A DNA stretch of 64,000 nt. Source: Escherichia phage UoN_LG358_1. The notes beneath the pieces were generated by a model, which was given only the letters and a program-made list of their open reading frames with translations, ran no database searches and had not been told where the DNA came from. The stretch lies in the sequence record OK570374; one strand, written 5' to 3'. Of the stretch, positions 1-11,732 are shown one piece after another. Positions within the stretch are counted from its first letter, which is position 1, and each line of letters opens with the position of its first letter. Position numbers and translations under genes: made by a program.

Positions 1-2317
<2,317 letters not shown>

Positions 2318-2347
2318 TACTAAAGCACACATCTAGAGGATTTATTC

Positions 2348-4324
2348 ATGGCTTTACTCTCGCCGGGCGTTGAGCTCAAAGAAACTAGTGTACAAAGCAC
2401 TATTGTTAATAATGCTACAGGCCGTGCCGCTATCGCTGGTAAATTTCAATGGGGTCCTGCATTTCAGGTAATTCAGGTAACCAATGAAGTTGAACTCGTC
2501 GATTTATTTGGTACTCCTAATAGCGAAACTGCTGATTATTTTATGTCAGCTATGAACTTCTTGCAATACGGTAATGATTTACGTGTAGCACGTGCAGTTA
2601 ATCGTGACGTGGCGAAAAACTCTTCTCCTATTGCAGAAAATATTGAAACCACAATTTCCGCGGCTGGTTCTAACTATACAGTTGGCGATGTTATCCGTGT
2701 ACGTCATAATATGGATGTAATTGAAACTGCTGGTAAAGTTACTCGTGTAGATGCTGACGGTAAAATTCTGGGAGTGTATATTCCTACTGGTAAAATTATC
2801 GCTTATGCGAAAAGTACTAACCAATATCCAGACCTAGGTCCAAACTGGACTGCAGAAATAGCTTCAAGTTCTTCTGGCGTATCTGGTACTATTACTCTTG
2901 GAAAAATTATCACTGATTCTGGTATTTTGTTAACTGAACCTGAAAATGCTTATGAAGCTATTCGTAATACCACTTTCCAGAACAATTTGAAAAAATATGG
3001 TATGCCGGGTGTAGTTGCTCTTTATCCAGGTGAAATCGGCTCTCAACTTGAAATTGAAATTGTTTCAAAAGCTACGTATGAAAAGGGCGCGGCATCTGAA
3101 CTTTCAATTTATCCAACGGGCGGAACTCGAGTTACTACCGCGCGGGCAGTATTTGGTTATGGTCCACAAACTGATGACCAATACGCGATTATTGTTCGCC
3201 GTGATGGAGCAATTGTAGAGTCAGCTGTTCTTTCAACTAAAGAAGGCGAAAAAGACATTTACGGAAATAACATCTATATGGATGATTATTTTGCCAAAGG
3301 TTCTAGTAACTATATTTTTGGAACAGCAATAGGCTGGCCTAAAGGTTTTTCTGGCATCATCAAATTGAACGGCGGCATTTCTGCGAACTCAGCTGTTACC
3401 GCAGGCGATGTAATGCAAGCATGGGATTTATTTGCTGACCGCGAAGCATTGCACGTTAACTTACTTATTGCTGGCGCGTCTGCAGGCGAAAGTTTAGAAT
3501 TTGCTTCTACTGTGCAGAAACACGTAGTTTCTATTGCCGACGAACGCCAAGATTGTCTTGCTTTAATTTCTCCTCCGCGTGAAATTATCGTAAATATTCC
3601 GTTAACTCGTGCTATTGATAACTTGGTTAACTGGCGTACAGCATCGGCAGCTTATACCGACGATAACATGAACATCAGTTCAACTTACGCATTTATTGAT
3701 GGTAACTATAAATATCAATATGATAAGTACAATGATGTTAACCGTTGGGTGCCACTTTCTGCTGATATGGCGGGTCTGTGCGCTCGTACTGATAATGTTA
3801 GTCAACCTTGGATGTCTCCAGCTGGTTATAACCGTGGTCAAATTCTGAACGTAATTAAACTAGCTGTTGAAGCTCGTCAACCGCAACGTGACCGTTTGTA
3901 TCAAGAAGCAATTAACCCGGTTACTGGCACAGGTGGTGATGGTTTTGTTCTGTTTGGCGATAAAACTGCTACCAAAGTTCCAACTCCATTTGACCGTGTT
4001 AACGTTCGTCGTTTGTTTAATATGCTGAAAACGAATATCGGTAATTCATCGAAATATCGTCTGTTTGAGATTAACGATAACTTTACTCGTTCTTCTTTCC
4101 GCATGGAAACTAGCCAGTATCTGCAGGGAATTAAAGCTCTTGGTGGTATGTATGAGTATCGCGTAGTTTGTGATACTACTAATAACACCCCATCGGTCAT
4201 CGATCGTAATGAGTTTGTTGCAAGCTTTTATGTGAAGCCCGCGAGATCGATAAATTATATTACCCTCAACTTCGTTGCAACTGCGACTGGTGCGGATTTC
4301 GACGAATTGATCGGACCGCAATAA
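2348..4324 (+). CDS. 18: contractile tail sheath protein
   Basis: 658 aa (T4 gp18 is about 659); TATAAATA box about 30 nt upstream; position after gene 17. Confidence 0.95.
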   Translation: MALLSPGVELKETSVQSTIVNNATGRAAIAGKFQWGPAFQVIQVTNEVELVDLFGTPNSETADYFMSAMNFLQYGNDLRVARAVNRDVAKNSSPIAENIETTISAAGSNYTVGDVIRVRHNMDVIETAGKVTRVDADGKILGVYIPTGKIIAYAKSTNQYPDLGPNWTAEIASSSSGVSGTITLGKIITDSGILLTEPENAYEAIRNTTFQNNLKKYGMPGVVALYPGEIGSQLEIEIVSKATYEKGAASELSIYPTGGTRVTTARAVFGYGPQTDDQYAIIVRRDGAIVESAVLSTKEGEKDIYGNNIYMDDYFAKGSSNYIFGTAIGWPKGFSGIIKLNGGISANSAVTAGDVMQAWDLFADREALHVNLLIAGASAGESLEFASTVQKHVVSIADERQDCLALISPPREIIVNIPLTRAIDNLVNWRTASAAYTDDNMNISSTYAFIDGNYKYQYDKYNDVNRWVPLSADMAGLCARTDNVSQPWMSPAGYNRGQILNVIKLAVEARQPQRDRLYQEAINPVTGTGGDGFVLFGDKTATKVPTPFDRVNVRRLFNMLKTNIGNSSKYRLFEINDNFTRSSFRMETSQYLQGIKALGGMYEYRVVCDTTNNTPSVIDRNEFVASFYVKPARSINYITLNFVATATGADFDELIGPQ

Positions 4325-4333
4325 TATCTCACT

Positions 4334-4350
4334 GGGCCTTCGGGCCCTTT
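4334..4350 (+). terminator. hairpin terminator after gene 18
   Basis: GGGCC-ttcg-GGCCC followed by TTT. Confidence 0.6.
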
Positions 4351-4359
4351 GGATTAAAA

Positions 4360-4980
4360 GTGATTATCTCTAAAACTGTTAAGATAAAAATCGTTCCTCA
4401 GAACTTCAAGTACTTCTCTAATCTTGGATATAAACTATCTCCGCTTGGAGCAGTTAAACATGGATTTGAATATTATTCTATCGATGTTAGTGTAGAGCAT
4501 CTAAAACCTGGATCAAATATTGATGTAGAATGTGTATGTGATAAATGCAGTGAGCATTATACTCAAAGATTTTGTAGAAATACTGATGTATGTTATGAAT
4601 GTAGAAGTGGAAAATTTAAGCTCGGCAATAAAATTGGAACTAAGAACAAAGGAAAAATCTTGGTTTCTATGCACGGCGAAAATCATCCTCGTTGGAATCC
4701 AAACAAATCAGACTACAATAAGTACGCTTCTGAAGTTCGTCGCATAACCAATAGAAATAAATCGATTTATTCAAAGTGGGAAAATTTCGATAAAATCGGA
4801 TTATGTGGTGTAGAAGGAGCTTATCAGTTAGATCACAAGGTTTCTATCAAATACGGATTTTATCATCATATACCAGCAGAAATTATAGGGTGTATTGACA
4901 ATTTAGAGATAATCACTTGGGAATCCAATAGAGATAAGTCCGGTAAATCTAGTATCGATTTATGGGATTTACTTAAGTGA
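4360..4980 (+). CDS. putative HNH-type homing endonuclease (free-standing)
   Basis: 206 aa between genes 18 and 19; Cys cluster CVCDKCSEH..CYECR, HGENHPRWNP, and DHKV..IDNLEIITWESNRDK resembling an HNH core; track start is GTG; hairpins on both sides. Confidence 0.5.
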   Translation: MIISKTVKIKIVPQNFKYFSNLGYKLSPLGAVKHGFEYYSIDVSVEHLKPGSNIDVECVCDKCSEHYTQRFCRNTDVCYECRSGKFKLGNKIGTKNKGKILVSMHGENHPRWNPNKSDYNKYASEVRRITNRNKSIYSKWENFDKIGLCGVEGAYQLDHKVSIKYGFYHHIPAEIIGCIDNLEIITWESNRDKSGKSSIDLWDLLK

Positions 4981-5088
4981 TCATAGAATTAACTTAGGGA
5001 CCTTCTAACGAGGGTCCATAAATATATACAGATCACACAATTTAATTCGTCTCGATGGTTCTGGTGAATCTGGAGCTATATAAATAAA

Positions 5089-5096
5089 CACATAGA
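5089..5096 (+). promoter_or_regulatory. late promoter box for gene 19
   Basis: TATAAATA upstream of the ATG at 5104. Confidence 0.7.
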
Positions 5097-5103
5097 GGTT
5101 ATT

Positions 5104-5595
5104 ATGTTTCTTGATGACATGACTCGTGCATTTGAGTCTGGCGACTTAGCTCGTCCTAACTTGTTTGAAGTAGAAATTCCGTACCTTGGCAGAAACTTTA
5201 GCTTTAAATGTAAAGCTGCTCCAATGCCCGCTGGTATCGTAGAAAAAGTACCAGTTGGTTATATGAACCGTAAAATCAACTTAGCTGGTGACCGTACATT
5301 TGATGATTGGACTGTGACTATCTATAACGATGATGCTCATACTACTCGTCAAGCTATCGTTGACTGGCAGGCTATCTGTCATGGTCAAGGCAACGAAATT
5401 ACTGGCGGTACTCCGGCTGAATATAAGAAAACTGCGGTTGTTCGTCAATACCATCGTGATGGTAAGACAGTAACTAAAGAAGTAACAATCACCGGGCTGT
5501 GGCCAACTAACGTTGGTGAAGTACAAATGGATTGGGATTCGAATAACGAGATAGAAACGTTTGAAGTAACGTTTGCGATGGACTGGTGGTTGTAA
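5104..5595 (+). CDS. 19: tail tube protein
   Basis: 163 aa, same length as T4 gp19; TATAAATA 8 nt upstream region; position. Confidence 0.9.
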   Translation: MFLDDMTRAFESGDLARPNLFEVEIPYLGRNFSFKCKAAPMPAGIVEKVPVGYMNRKINLAGDRTFDDWTVTIYNDDAHTTRQAIVDWQAICHGQGNEITGGTPAEYKKTAVVRQYHRDGKTVTKEVTITGLWPTNVGEVQMDWDSNNEIETFEVTFAMDWWL

Positions 5596-5600
5596 TAAAT

Positions 5601-5632
5601 ATATTCAAACCTCAACTTCATTGTTTGAATAT
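5601..5632 (+). other. AT-rich hairpin downstream of gene 19
   Basis: Perfect 10-bp inverted repeat ATATTCAAAC / GTTTGAATAT with 12-nt loop. Confidence 0.4.
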
Positions 5633-5655
5633 ATTGCACTTATCTTACAATTTAT

Positions 5656-5684
5656 ACGGGGAATAAACTTCCCCGTCATTTTTT
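5656..5684 (+). terminator. rho-independent terminator after gene 19
   Basis: ACGGGGA-ataaact-TCCCCGT then TTTTTT. Confidence 0.7.
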
Positions 5685-5701
5685 AGATGCTGCAAAACTG
5701 T

Positions 5702-5709
5702 TATAAATA
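5702..5709 (+). promoter_or_regulatory. late promoter box for gene 20
   Basis: TATAAATA about 35 nt upstream of the ATG at 5744. Confidence 0.7.
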
Positions 5710-5743
5710 AGTATATGCTTATTACCCTTTCACGGAGACTCTA

Positions 5744-7309
5744 ATGAATTTCAATATTTTAAGTCTTTTTGCTCCTTGGGCGAAAGAAGACGAACAAAAT
5801 TATAAAGAACAAATTAAAAATGACTTAGAGTCTATTACTGCTCCAAAACTGGATGACGGTGCGCATGAGATTGAGTCTTCAGCCAATGAAGCTTCTTATA
5901 ACGGCCTGTTCCAAAAAATGCTAGGAAGTCATGAACCTGGCATGAAAAATACCAGGGAGCTTATCAATACATACCGTAATTTGATGAATAATTACGAAGT
6001 TGATAACGCTGTACAAGAAATAGTAATGGATTCTATCGTATACGAAGACGGTCATGAAGTTGTTGCTATTGAGCTTGATACAACGGATTTTAGTCAACGT
6101 ATAAAAGACCGGATTATTGAAGAATTTAACGAAGTTTTAAATTGTCTTAATTTTCAAAGAAAAGGCGCTGATCATTTTAGGCGTTGGTATATCGATTCCA
6201 GAATTTTCTTTCACAAAATAATAAATCCAAAAAACGTCAAAGAAGGAATTCAGGAGCTCCGTCGTTTAGACCCACGAAATGTTCAATATATCAGAGAAGT
6301 TGTAACTGATATGGAACAAGGAGTAAAAATTGTAAAAGGGTATAAAGAATATTTTATATACGACACCGGCAATGAGTCTTATCAATGCGACGGCAGAACG
6401 TATGATGCCGGCACAAAAATAAAAATTCCTAAATCTGCTGTAGTATATGCTCATTCTGGTCTAGTAGATTGTACTGGACAAAATATAATCGGATATTTGC
6501 ATCGGGCTGTTAAACCGGCTAACCAACTGAAATTGATGGAAGATGCTTTAGTTATTTACCGTATTACCCGTGCTCCTGACCGTCGTGTATTTTATATTGA
6601 TACAGGGAATATGCCTTCACGAAAGGCTGCGCAACACATGCAAAATATCATGAACACGATGAAAAACCGTGTTGTATATGATGCATCTACAGGTAAAATT
6701 AAAAATCAGCAACACAATATGTCCATGACGGAAGATTATTGGTTGCAACGTCGTGACGGAAAAGCAGTAACAGAAATTGATACTCTTCCGGGTATGTCAG
6801 GAATGAGTGATATGGATGACGTTCGTTGGTTCAGAAACGCTCTTTATATGGCTTTACGAGTTCCATTATCTCGTATTCCTAACGACCAACAAGGCGGAGT
6901 TCAATTCGATGCCGGCACATCTATCACTAGAGACGAATTAAGTTTTACAAAATTTATCCGTGAGCTTCAGCATAAATTTGAAGAAATCTTCTTAGACCCT
7001 CTTAAAACTAATTTAATTTTAAAAGGCGTAATTACTGAAGATGAGTGGAATGATGAAATAAATAATATTAAGATTTCATTCCACCGCGATTCATATTTCT
7101 CCGAGCTTAAAGACGCTGAAATCATGGAACGCAGAATCAATATGCTTCAGATGGCCGAACCATTTATTGGTAAATATATTTCGCATCGTTCAGCTATGAA
7201 AGATATTCTTCATATGAGCGACGAGGAAATTGAACAAGAGGCTAAGCAAATTGAACAAGAGTCTAAAGAGGCTCGTTACCAAGACCCAGAAAATCAAGAG
7301 GATTTCTAA
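5744..7309 (+). CDS. 20: portal vertex protein
   Basis: 521 aa; late promoter upstream; position between 19 and 67. Confidence 0.95.
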   Translation: MNFNILSLFAPWAKEDEQNYKEQIKNDLESITAPKLDDGAHEIESSANEASYNGLFQKMLGSHEPGMKNTRELINTYRNLMNNYEVDNAVQEIVMDSIVYEDGHEVVAIELDTTDFSQRIKDRIIEEFNEVLNCLNFQRKGADHFRRWYIDSRIFFHKIINPKNVKEGIQELRRLDPRNVQYIREVVTDMEQGVKIVKGYKEYFIYDTGNESYQCDGRTYDAGTKIKIPKSAVVYAHSGLVDCTGQNIIGYLHRAVKPANQLKLMEDALVIYRITRAPDRRVFYIDTGNMPSRKAAQHMQNIMNTMKNRVVYDASTGKIKNQQHNMSMTEDYWLQRRDGKAVTEIDTLPGMSGMSDMDDVRWFRNALYMALRVPLSRIPNDQQGGVQFDAGTSITRDELSFTKFIRELQHKFEEIFLDPLKTNLILKGVITEDEWNDEINNIKISFHRDSYFSELKDAEIMERRINMLQMAEPFIGKYISHRSAMKDILHMSDEEIEQEAKQIEQESKEARYQDPENQEDF

Positions 7310-7551
7310 TGGAAAGTCAATTTATTTCCGCATGCTTATCCAACGACCTCGTTCAGGCACGTAAGCTTTTTGAAAGCATCATGCTTGAAAGGACTACGGA
7401 TTTAATTGGCGAACGCAAAGTTGAAATTGCGCGTTCGTTTTTAATTGAAGGCGAAGAGCCAAAAGACGAAGATGAGTCAGATGAAAAAGATAAAAAAGAA
7501 TCTGACGACGCCGATGAAGGCGATGACGAAGATGAAGATGAGGATGACTAA
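7309..7551 (+). CDS. 67: prohead core protein with poly-acidic C-terminus
   Basis: 80 aa; TAATG overlap with gene 20 stop; C-terminal run [28 protein letters not shown]. Confidence 0.7.
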   Translation: MESQFISACLSNDLVQARKLFESIMLERTTDLIGERKVEIARSFLIEGEEPKDEDESDEKDKKESDDADEGDDEDEDEDD

Positions 7552-7976
7552 TGTTTCTTATCCCTGAAGACCATGAATTAGTAATCGAAAATGTCGAGAC
7601 TCTTATTCCAGAAGCTCAGGGCCGTTACGAGTCATTATCAAAAGCGTTAAGCAAAGACGATATAAATACAATTGTAGAAAACATGATTGAAACCGATACC
7701 GATTTAGCAATTGCACTCGGTTCAATTAACGAAGATATGCAAATTAACGAATTTATCGTTAAGCATGTTTCAAGTAAAGGCGAAATAACTCGAACTAAAG
7801 ACCGAGCTACTAGAGCTAGAAACGCATTTCAAACTACAGGATTGTCTAAAGCTAAACGCCGCCAAATTGCTCGTAAGGCAACCAAGTCAAAACGTGCTAA
7901 TCCGTCAGGACAAGCTCGTGGACTTCGTAAACGTAAGAAAGCTATGAAGCGCCGCAAAGCGTTAGGATTAAGCTAA
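7551..7976 (+). CDS. 68: prohead core protein
   Basis: 141 aa; TAATG coupling to gene 67; basic C-terminus; position before the protease gene. Confidence 0.65.
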   Translation: MFLIPEDHELVIENVETLIPEAQGRYESLSKALSKDDINTIVENMIETDTDLAIALGSINEDMQINEFIVKHVSSKGEITRTKDRATRARNAFQTTGLSKAKRRQIARKATKSKRANPSGQARGLRKRKKAMKRRKALGLS

Positions 7977-8581
7977 TGAAAAAATATGGTAACCACAGAA
8001 AAATTTGGGAAGCAGTTAATGGTCCTATACCATTAGATGAATTTGGACGTAGTTACCATATACATCATATTGACGGAAATCCAGCGAACAATGAATTATC
8101 AAATTTATTATGCTTAAGCCCAAATGACCATTTTGAATTACACAGGTCTCAAGGCGATTTCGGGGCAGCGTTTTTATTACTGAATAACCATTTATCTTTA
8201 TCCGCAGAAGAGCGCTCTGATATTATATCTAAGGCAAATTCAAATAGATGGAAAAATTATTCTGATGCTGAACGCAAAAGCATAATAAATAAAAATAGAA
8301 ATTCAAATATATTTACTTGGTCTTCTGAAAGGCTTCGAAGAGAGACTGGTGCTAAAATTAGTGCATCACACTCAGCCAGGACCAAAGAGCAGAAAGAGCA
8401 AGAATCAATATTAAGATCTTCTTCTATAAAATCTGCTTGGAAATCTAGTTCATTTGACGCTCAAAGAGAACATATGTCAACTAAAGTTGTATGTCCTCAT
8501 TGCGGAAGGGAAGGACAAAAAGCTGCTATGAGCAGATACCATTTTGACAGGTGCAAATATGGAAGAGCAGTTATTAATTGA
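7976..8581 (+). CDS. HNH homing endonuclease-like protein
   Basis: 201 aa; motif YHIHHIDGNPANNELSNLLCLSPNDHFELH; inserted between 68 and 21 and overlapping the gene 21 start. Confidence 0.7.
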   Translation: MKKYGNHRKIWEAVNGPIPLDEFGRSYHIHHIDGNPANNELSNLLCLSPNDHFELHRSQGDFGAAFLLLNNHLSLSAEERSDIISKANSNRWKNYSDAERKSIINKNRNSNIFTWSSERLRRETGAKISASHSARTKEQKEQESILRSSSIKSAWKSSSFDAQREHMSTKVVCPHCGREGQKAAMSRYHFDRCKYGRAVIN

Positions 8582-9200
8582 GAACTGGGGTTTACCCGGT
8601 GAGATAAAAGAAGGAAAACCTCTAATTGAATCAGTAGATTCAAACGGAGAAAAATTGCCTCCTGGCTTGTATATTGAAGGAATATTCCTCCAAGCTGAAG
8701 TTGTGAACCGTAATAAGCGTCTTTATCCAAAACGTATCTTGGAAAAAGCTGTCGCTAATTACATGAAAGAACAGGTTCAGACTAAGCAAGCATTAGGAGA
8801 ATTAAACCATCCACCTCGCGCTAATGTTGACCCTATGCAAGCCGCTATAATTATAGAAGATATGTGGTGGAAAGGAAACGACGTATACGGACGAGCTCGT
8901 ATTATTGAAGGTGACCACGGTCCCGGAGATAAATTAGCAGCTAATATCCGAGCAGGTTGGATTCCGGGTGTTTCAAGTCGTGGACTTGGTTCTTTGACTG
9001 AAACTAACAAAGGTTATAAGATTGTGAACGAAGGTTTTAAACTTACTGTAGGCGTTGATGCAGTATGGGGACCTTCCGCTCCAGATGCTTGGGTGACTCC
9101 GAAACAAATTTCGGAAGGCACACAAGATTCGGCACCAGCTGCCAAGAAAAGTGCTGATGAAGCATTTAAGACTCTCGCAGAGAGTTTAAAAGCATTATAA
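8559..9200 (+). CDS. 21: prohead core scaffold protease
   Basis: Track ORF begins at TTG 8544; the ATG at 8559 gives MEEQLLIENWG, matching the T4 gp21 N-terminus; conserved GELNHPPRANVDPMQAAIIIEDMWWKGNDVYGRAR. Confidence 0.9.
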   Translation: MEEQLLIENWGLPGEIKEGKPLIESVDSNGEKLPPGLYIEGIFLQAEVVNRNKRLYPKRILEKAVANYMKEQVQTKQALGELNHPPRANVDPMQAAIIIEDMWWKGNDVYGRARIIEGDHGPGDKLAANIRAGWIPGVSSRGLGSLTETNKGYKIVNEGFKLTVGVDAVWGPSAPDAWVTPKQISEGTQDSAPAAKKSADEAFKTLAESLKAL

Positions 9201-9203
9201 ATA
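9196..9203 (+). promoter_or_regulatory. late promoter box for gene 22
   Basis: TATAAATA overlapping the gene 21 stop, 30 nt before the ATG. Confidence 0.7.
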
Positions 9204-9233
9204 ATAATGTAACTTAACAACAGGAACATCAAA

Positions 9234-10055
9234 ATGCTGAAACAAGAACTTATTGCTGAATCCGGTGCGCTGGAAATCGCGGTAGAACTCGACAGCGTTT
9301 TCGAATCAGTTGAACTTTCTCCGGAAGTAAAAGCTAACTTCAGCACTGTATTCGAAGCCGCAGTTAAAAAAGGTGCCGCTGACCTGGCAGAAAAACGTAT
9401 TAATGCTCTGGTAGAAGCAGCAGAAGAAAAAGTTAAAGACGAAAAAGAAAAAGCCGAAGAAGAAGCTGAAAAGAAAATCACAGAAGCTGCTTCTAAATTT
9501 TTCGACCATTTGGCCAAACAATGGCTGAGCGAAAACCAGATTGCTGTTGACCGTGGTATTAAATCTGAGTTGTTCGAATCTATGCTTTCTGGAATGAAAG
9601 AACTCTTCATTGAACACAACGTTGTAGTCCCAGAAGAAAGTGTCGACGTTGTCGCTGAAATGGAAGAAGAACTAGCTGAGCAGAAAGAAGAAACTGCGCG
9701 TCTGTTCGAAGAAGTTTCAATGCGTGATGCTTATATCAATTATGTAAGTCGTACCGTTGCTGTTAATGAAGCCGTTAAAGACCTGACTGAATCTCAGAAA
9801 GAAAAAGTTGAATCTTTAACTGAAGGTATGGAATATTCTGATGCTTTTGGTTCCAAACTTGAAGCAATCGTAGAAATGGTTAAAGGTAGTTTTTCAGAAA
9901 ATGCGGCAGTAAATGAAAGCATAAATACTGTTGATACTGAGGCAACTGGCCTTAATTTCGTAACTGAAGCGGTCGCTGAACCGTCTGATCCGGCAGAAAA
10001 AGTAGTAGCTCCTTCAATGGCAGCATACTTAGCTGGTGCAAAACGTCTCTATTAA
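9234..10055 (+). CDS. 22: prohead scaffolding protein
   Basis: 273 aa, acidic, coiled-coil-like; TATAAATA at 9196..9203; position. Confidence 0.85.
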   Translation: MLKQELIAESGALEIAVELDSVFESVELSPEVKANFSTVFEAAVKKGAADLAEKRINALVEAAEEKVKDEKEKAEEEAEKKITEAASKFFDHLAKQWLSENQIAVDRGIKSELFESMLSGMKELFIEHNVVVPEESVDVVAEMEEELAEQKEETARLFEEVSMRDAYINYVSRTVAVNEAVKDLTESQKEKVESLTEGMEYSDAFGSKLEAIVEMVKGSFSENAAVNESINTVDTEATGLNFVTEAVAEPSDPAEKVVAPSMAAYLAGAKRLY

Positions 10056-10076
10056 TTTAACAAGGTTATACAACAC

Positions 10077-11636
10077 ATGAAAAAGAATAAACTCGTAGAA
10101 AAATGGCAGCCGCTGCTGGAAAACGAAGAACTGCCGGAAATTGTTGGTGCTAGTAAAAAAGCTCTGATTGCTAAAATTCTTGAAAACCAGGAAGCAGATT
10201 TTAAAGTATCTCCGGAATACCGTGATGAGAAAATCGCTCAAGCTTTCGGTTCTTTCTTGACTGAAGCTGAAATTGGCGGAGACCACGGTTACGATGCTCA
10301 GAATATCGCTGCAGGTCAGACTTCTGGCGCAGTAACTCAGATTGGGCCGGCTGTTATGGGTATGGTCCGTCGTGCTATCCCTAACCTGATTGCTTTTGAT
10401 ATCTGTGGCGTTCAGCCAATGAACAGCCCTACCGGTCAGGTTTTCGCTCTTCGTGCTGTATACGGTTCTGACCCGCTGGCTGATAAAGCAAAAGAAGCTT
10501 TCCATCCGATGTATTCTCCGGACGCAATGCATTCTGGTCAAGGTGCCGCTGAGAAATTCGCTAAATTGACCGCTGGCGTTGCTATCACTGAAGGCGATAT
10601 CGTTGTTCATGATTTTGCTGAAACAGGTCGCGCTTATCTGCAGGCTGTAGTTGCTGTAACTCCAGATGCTGGCGCTACTGACCCGGCTAAACTCGACGCT
10701 GCTGTAGTTGCTCTGATGGAAGCTGGTCAGCTGGCTGAAATCGCTGAAGGCATGGCTACCTCTATCGCTGAACTTCAGGAAGGATTTAACGGTTCCCAGA
10801 ATAACTCTTGGAATGAAATGGGTTTCCGTATCGATAAACAAGTTATCGAAGCTAAATCTCGCCAACTGAAAGCTGCATATTCCATCGAATTGGCACAGGA
10901 CCTCCGTGCTGTTCACGGTATGGATGCTGACGCTGAACTGAGTGGTATTTTGGCTACTGAAATCATGCTGGAAATTAACCGTGAAGTTGTAGATTGGATT
11001 AACTTCTCTGCACAGGTTGGTAAATCTGGTATGACCCAGACTGTTGGTTCTAAAGCTGGTGTATTTGACCTTCAGGACCCTATCGATATCCGCGGTGCTC
11101 GTTGGGCTGGTGAAAGCTTTAAAGCTCTTCTGTTCCAGATTGACAAAGAAGCTGCAGAAATTGCACGTCAGACTGGCCGCGGTGCTGGTAACTTCATCAT
11201 CGCTTCCCGCAACGTAGTTAACGTTCTGGCTGCTGTTGATACTTCCGTATCTCCTGCTGCTCAGGGTCTGGGTCGTGGTTTTGAAACTGATACCACTAAA
11301 GCAGTATTCGCTGGTGTTCTTGGCGGTAAATATCGCGTCTATATTGACCAGTATGCTCGTCAGGACTACTTCACCATCGGTTATAAAGGCGCTAACGAAA
11401 TGGATGCTGGTATTTACTACGCTCCTTACGTTGCTCTTACTCCGCTTCGTGGTTCCGATCCGAAGAACTTCCAGCCGGTCATGGGGTTCAAAACTCGTTA
11501 TGGTATCGGTATTAACCCGTTCGCTGATTCTGCTGCACAGCAACCTAAAGGCCGTATCGTTTCCGGTATGCCTTCTCTGGTTAACTCTGTTGGTAAGAAC
11601 GCTTACTTCCGTCGAGTTTACGTCAAAGGAATTTAA
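10077..11636 (+). CDS. 23: major capsid protein
   Basis: 519 aa (T4 gp23 about 521); strong hairpin plus T-run terminator after the stop. Confidence 0.95.
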   Translation: MKKNKLVEKWQPLLENEELPEIVGASKKALIAKILENQEADFKVSPEYRDEKIAQAFGSFLTEAEIGGDHGYDAQNIAAGQTSGAVTQIGPAVMGMVRRAIPNLIAFDICGVQPMNSPTGQVFALRAVYGSDPLADKAKEAFHPMYSPDAMHSGQGAAEKFAKLTAGVAITEGDIVVHDFAETGRAYLQAVVAVTPDAGATDPAKLDAAVVALMEAGQLAEIAEGMATSIAELQEGFNGSQNNSWNEMGFRIDKQVIEAKSRQLKAAYSIELAQDLRAVHGMDADAELSGILATEIMLEINREVVDWINFSAQVGKSGMTQTVGSKAGVFDLQDPIDIRGARWAGESFKALLFQIDKEAAEIARQTGRGAGNFIIASRNVVNVLAAVDTSVSPAAQGLGRGFETDTTKAVFAGVLGGKYRVYIDQYARQDYFTIGYKGANEMDAGIYYAPYVALTPLRGSDPKNFQPVMGFKTRYGIGINPFADSAAQQPKGRIVSGMPSLVNSVGKNAYFRRVYVKGI

Positions 11637-11653
11637 GATTTAACCTTAATTAA

Positions 11654-11677
11654 GGGAACCTTCGGGTTCCCTTTTTT
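11654..11677 (+). terminator. rho-independent terminator after gene 23
   Basis: GGGAACC-ttcg-GGTTCCC then TTTTTT. Confidence 0.85.
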
Positions 11678-11699
11678 CGTTTTTGATGTAAAACAATAT

Positions 11700-11707
11700 T
11701 ATAAATA
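11700..11707 (+). promoter_or_regulatory. late promoter box for gene 24
   Basis: TATAAATA 26 nt upstream of the ATG at 11733. Confidence 0.7.
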
Positions 11708-11732
11708 AAATATATCACAAAAGGAAAGCGCA

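Noticed and set aside
9014-9619. 201-aa minus-strand ORF overlapping genes 21 and 22
   Set aside because: Antisense to confidently assigned late genes; serine-rich low-complexity translation.
10029-11543. 504-aa minus-strand ORF spanning almost all of gene 23
   Set aside because: Antisense to the major capsid gene, which is confidently identified; translation is low-complexity (S/T/F/N-rich) and there is no promoter or RBS context. Treated as a codon-bias artefact.
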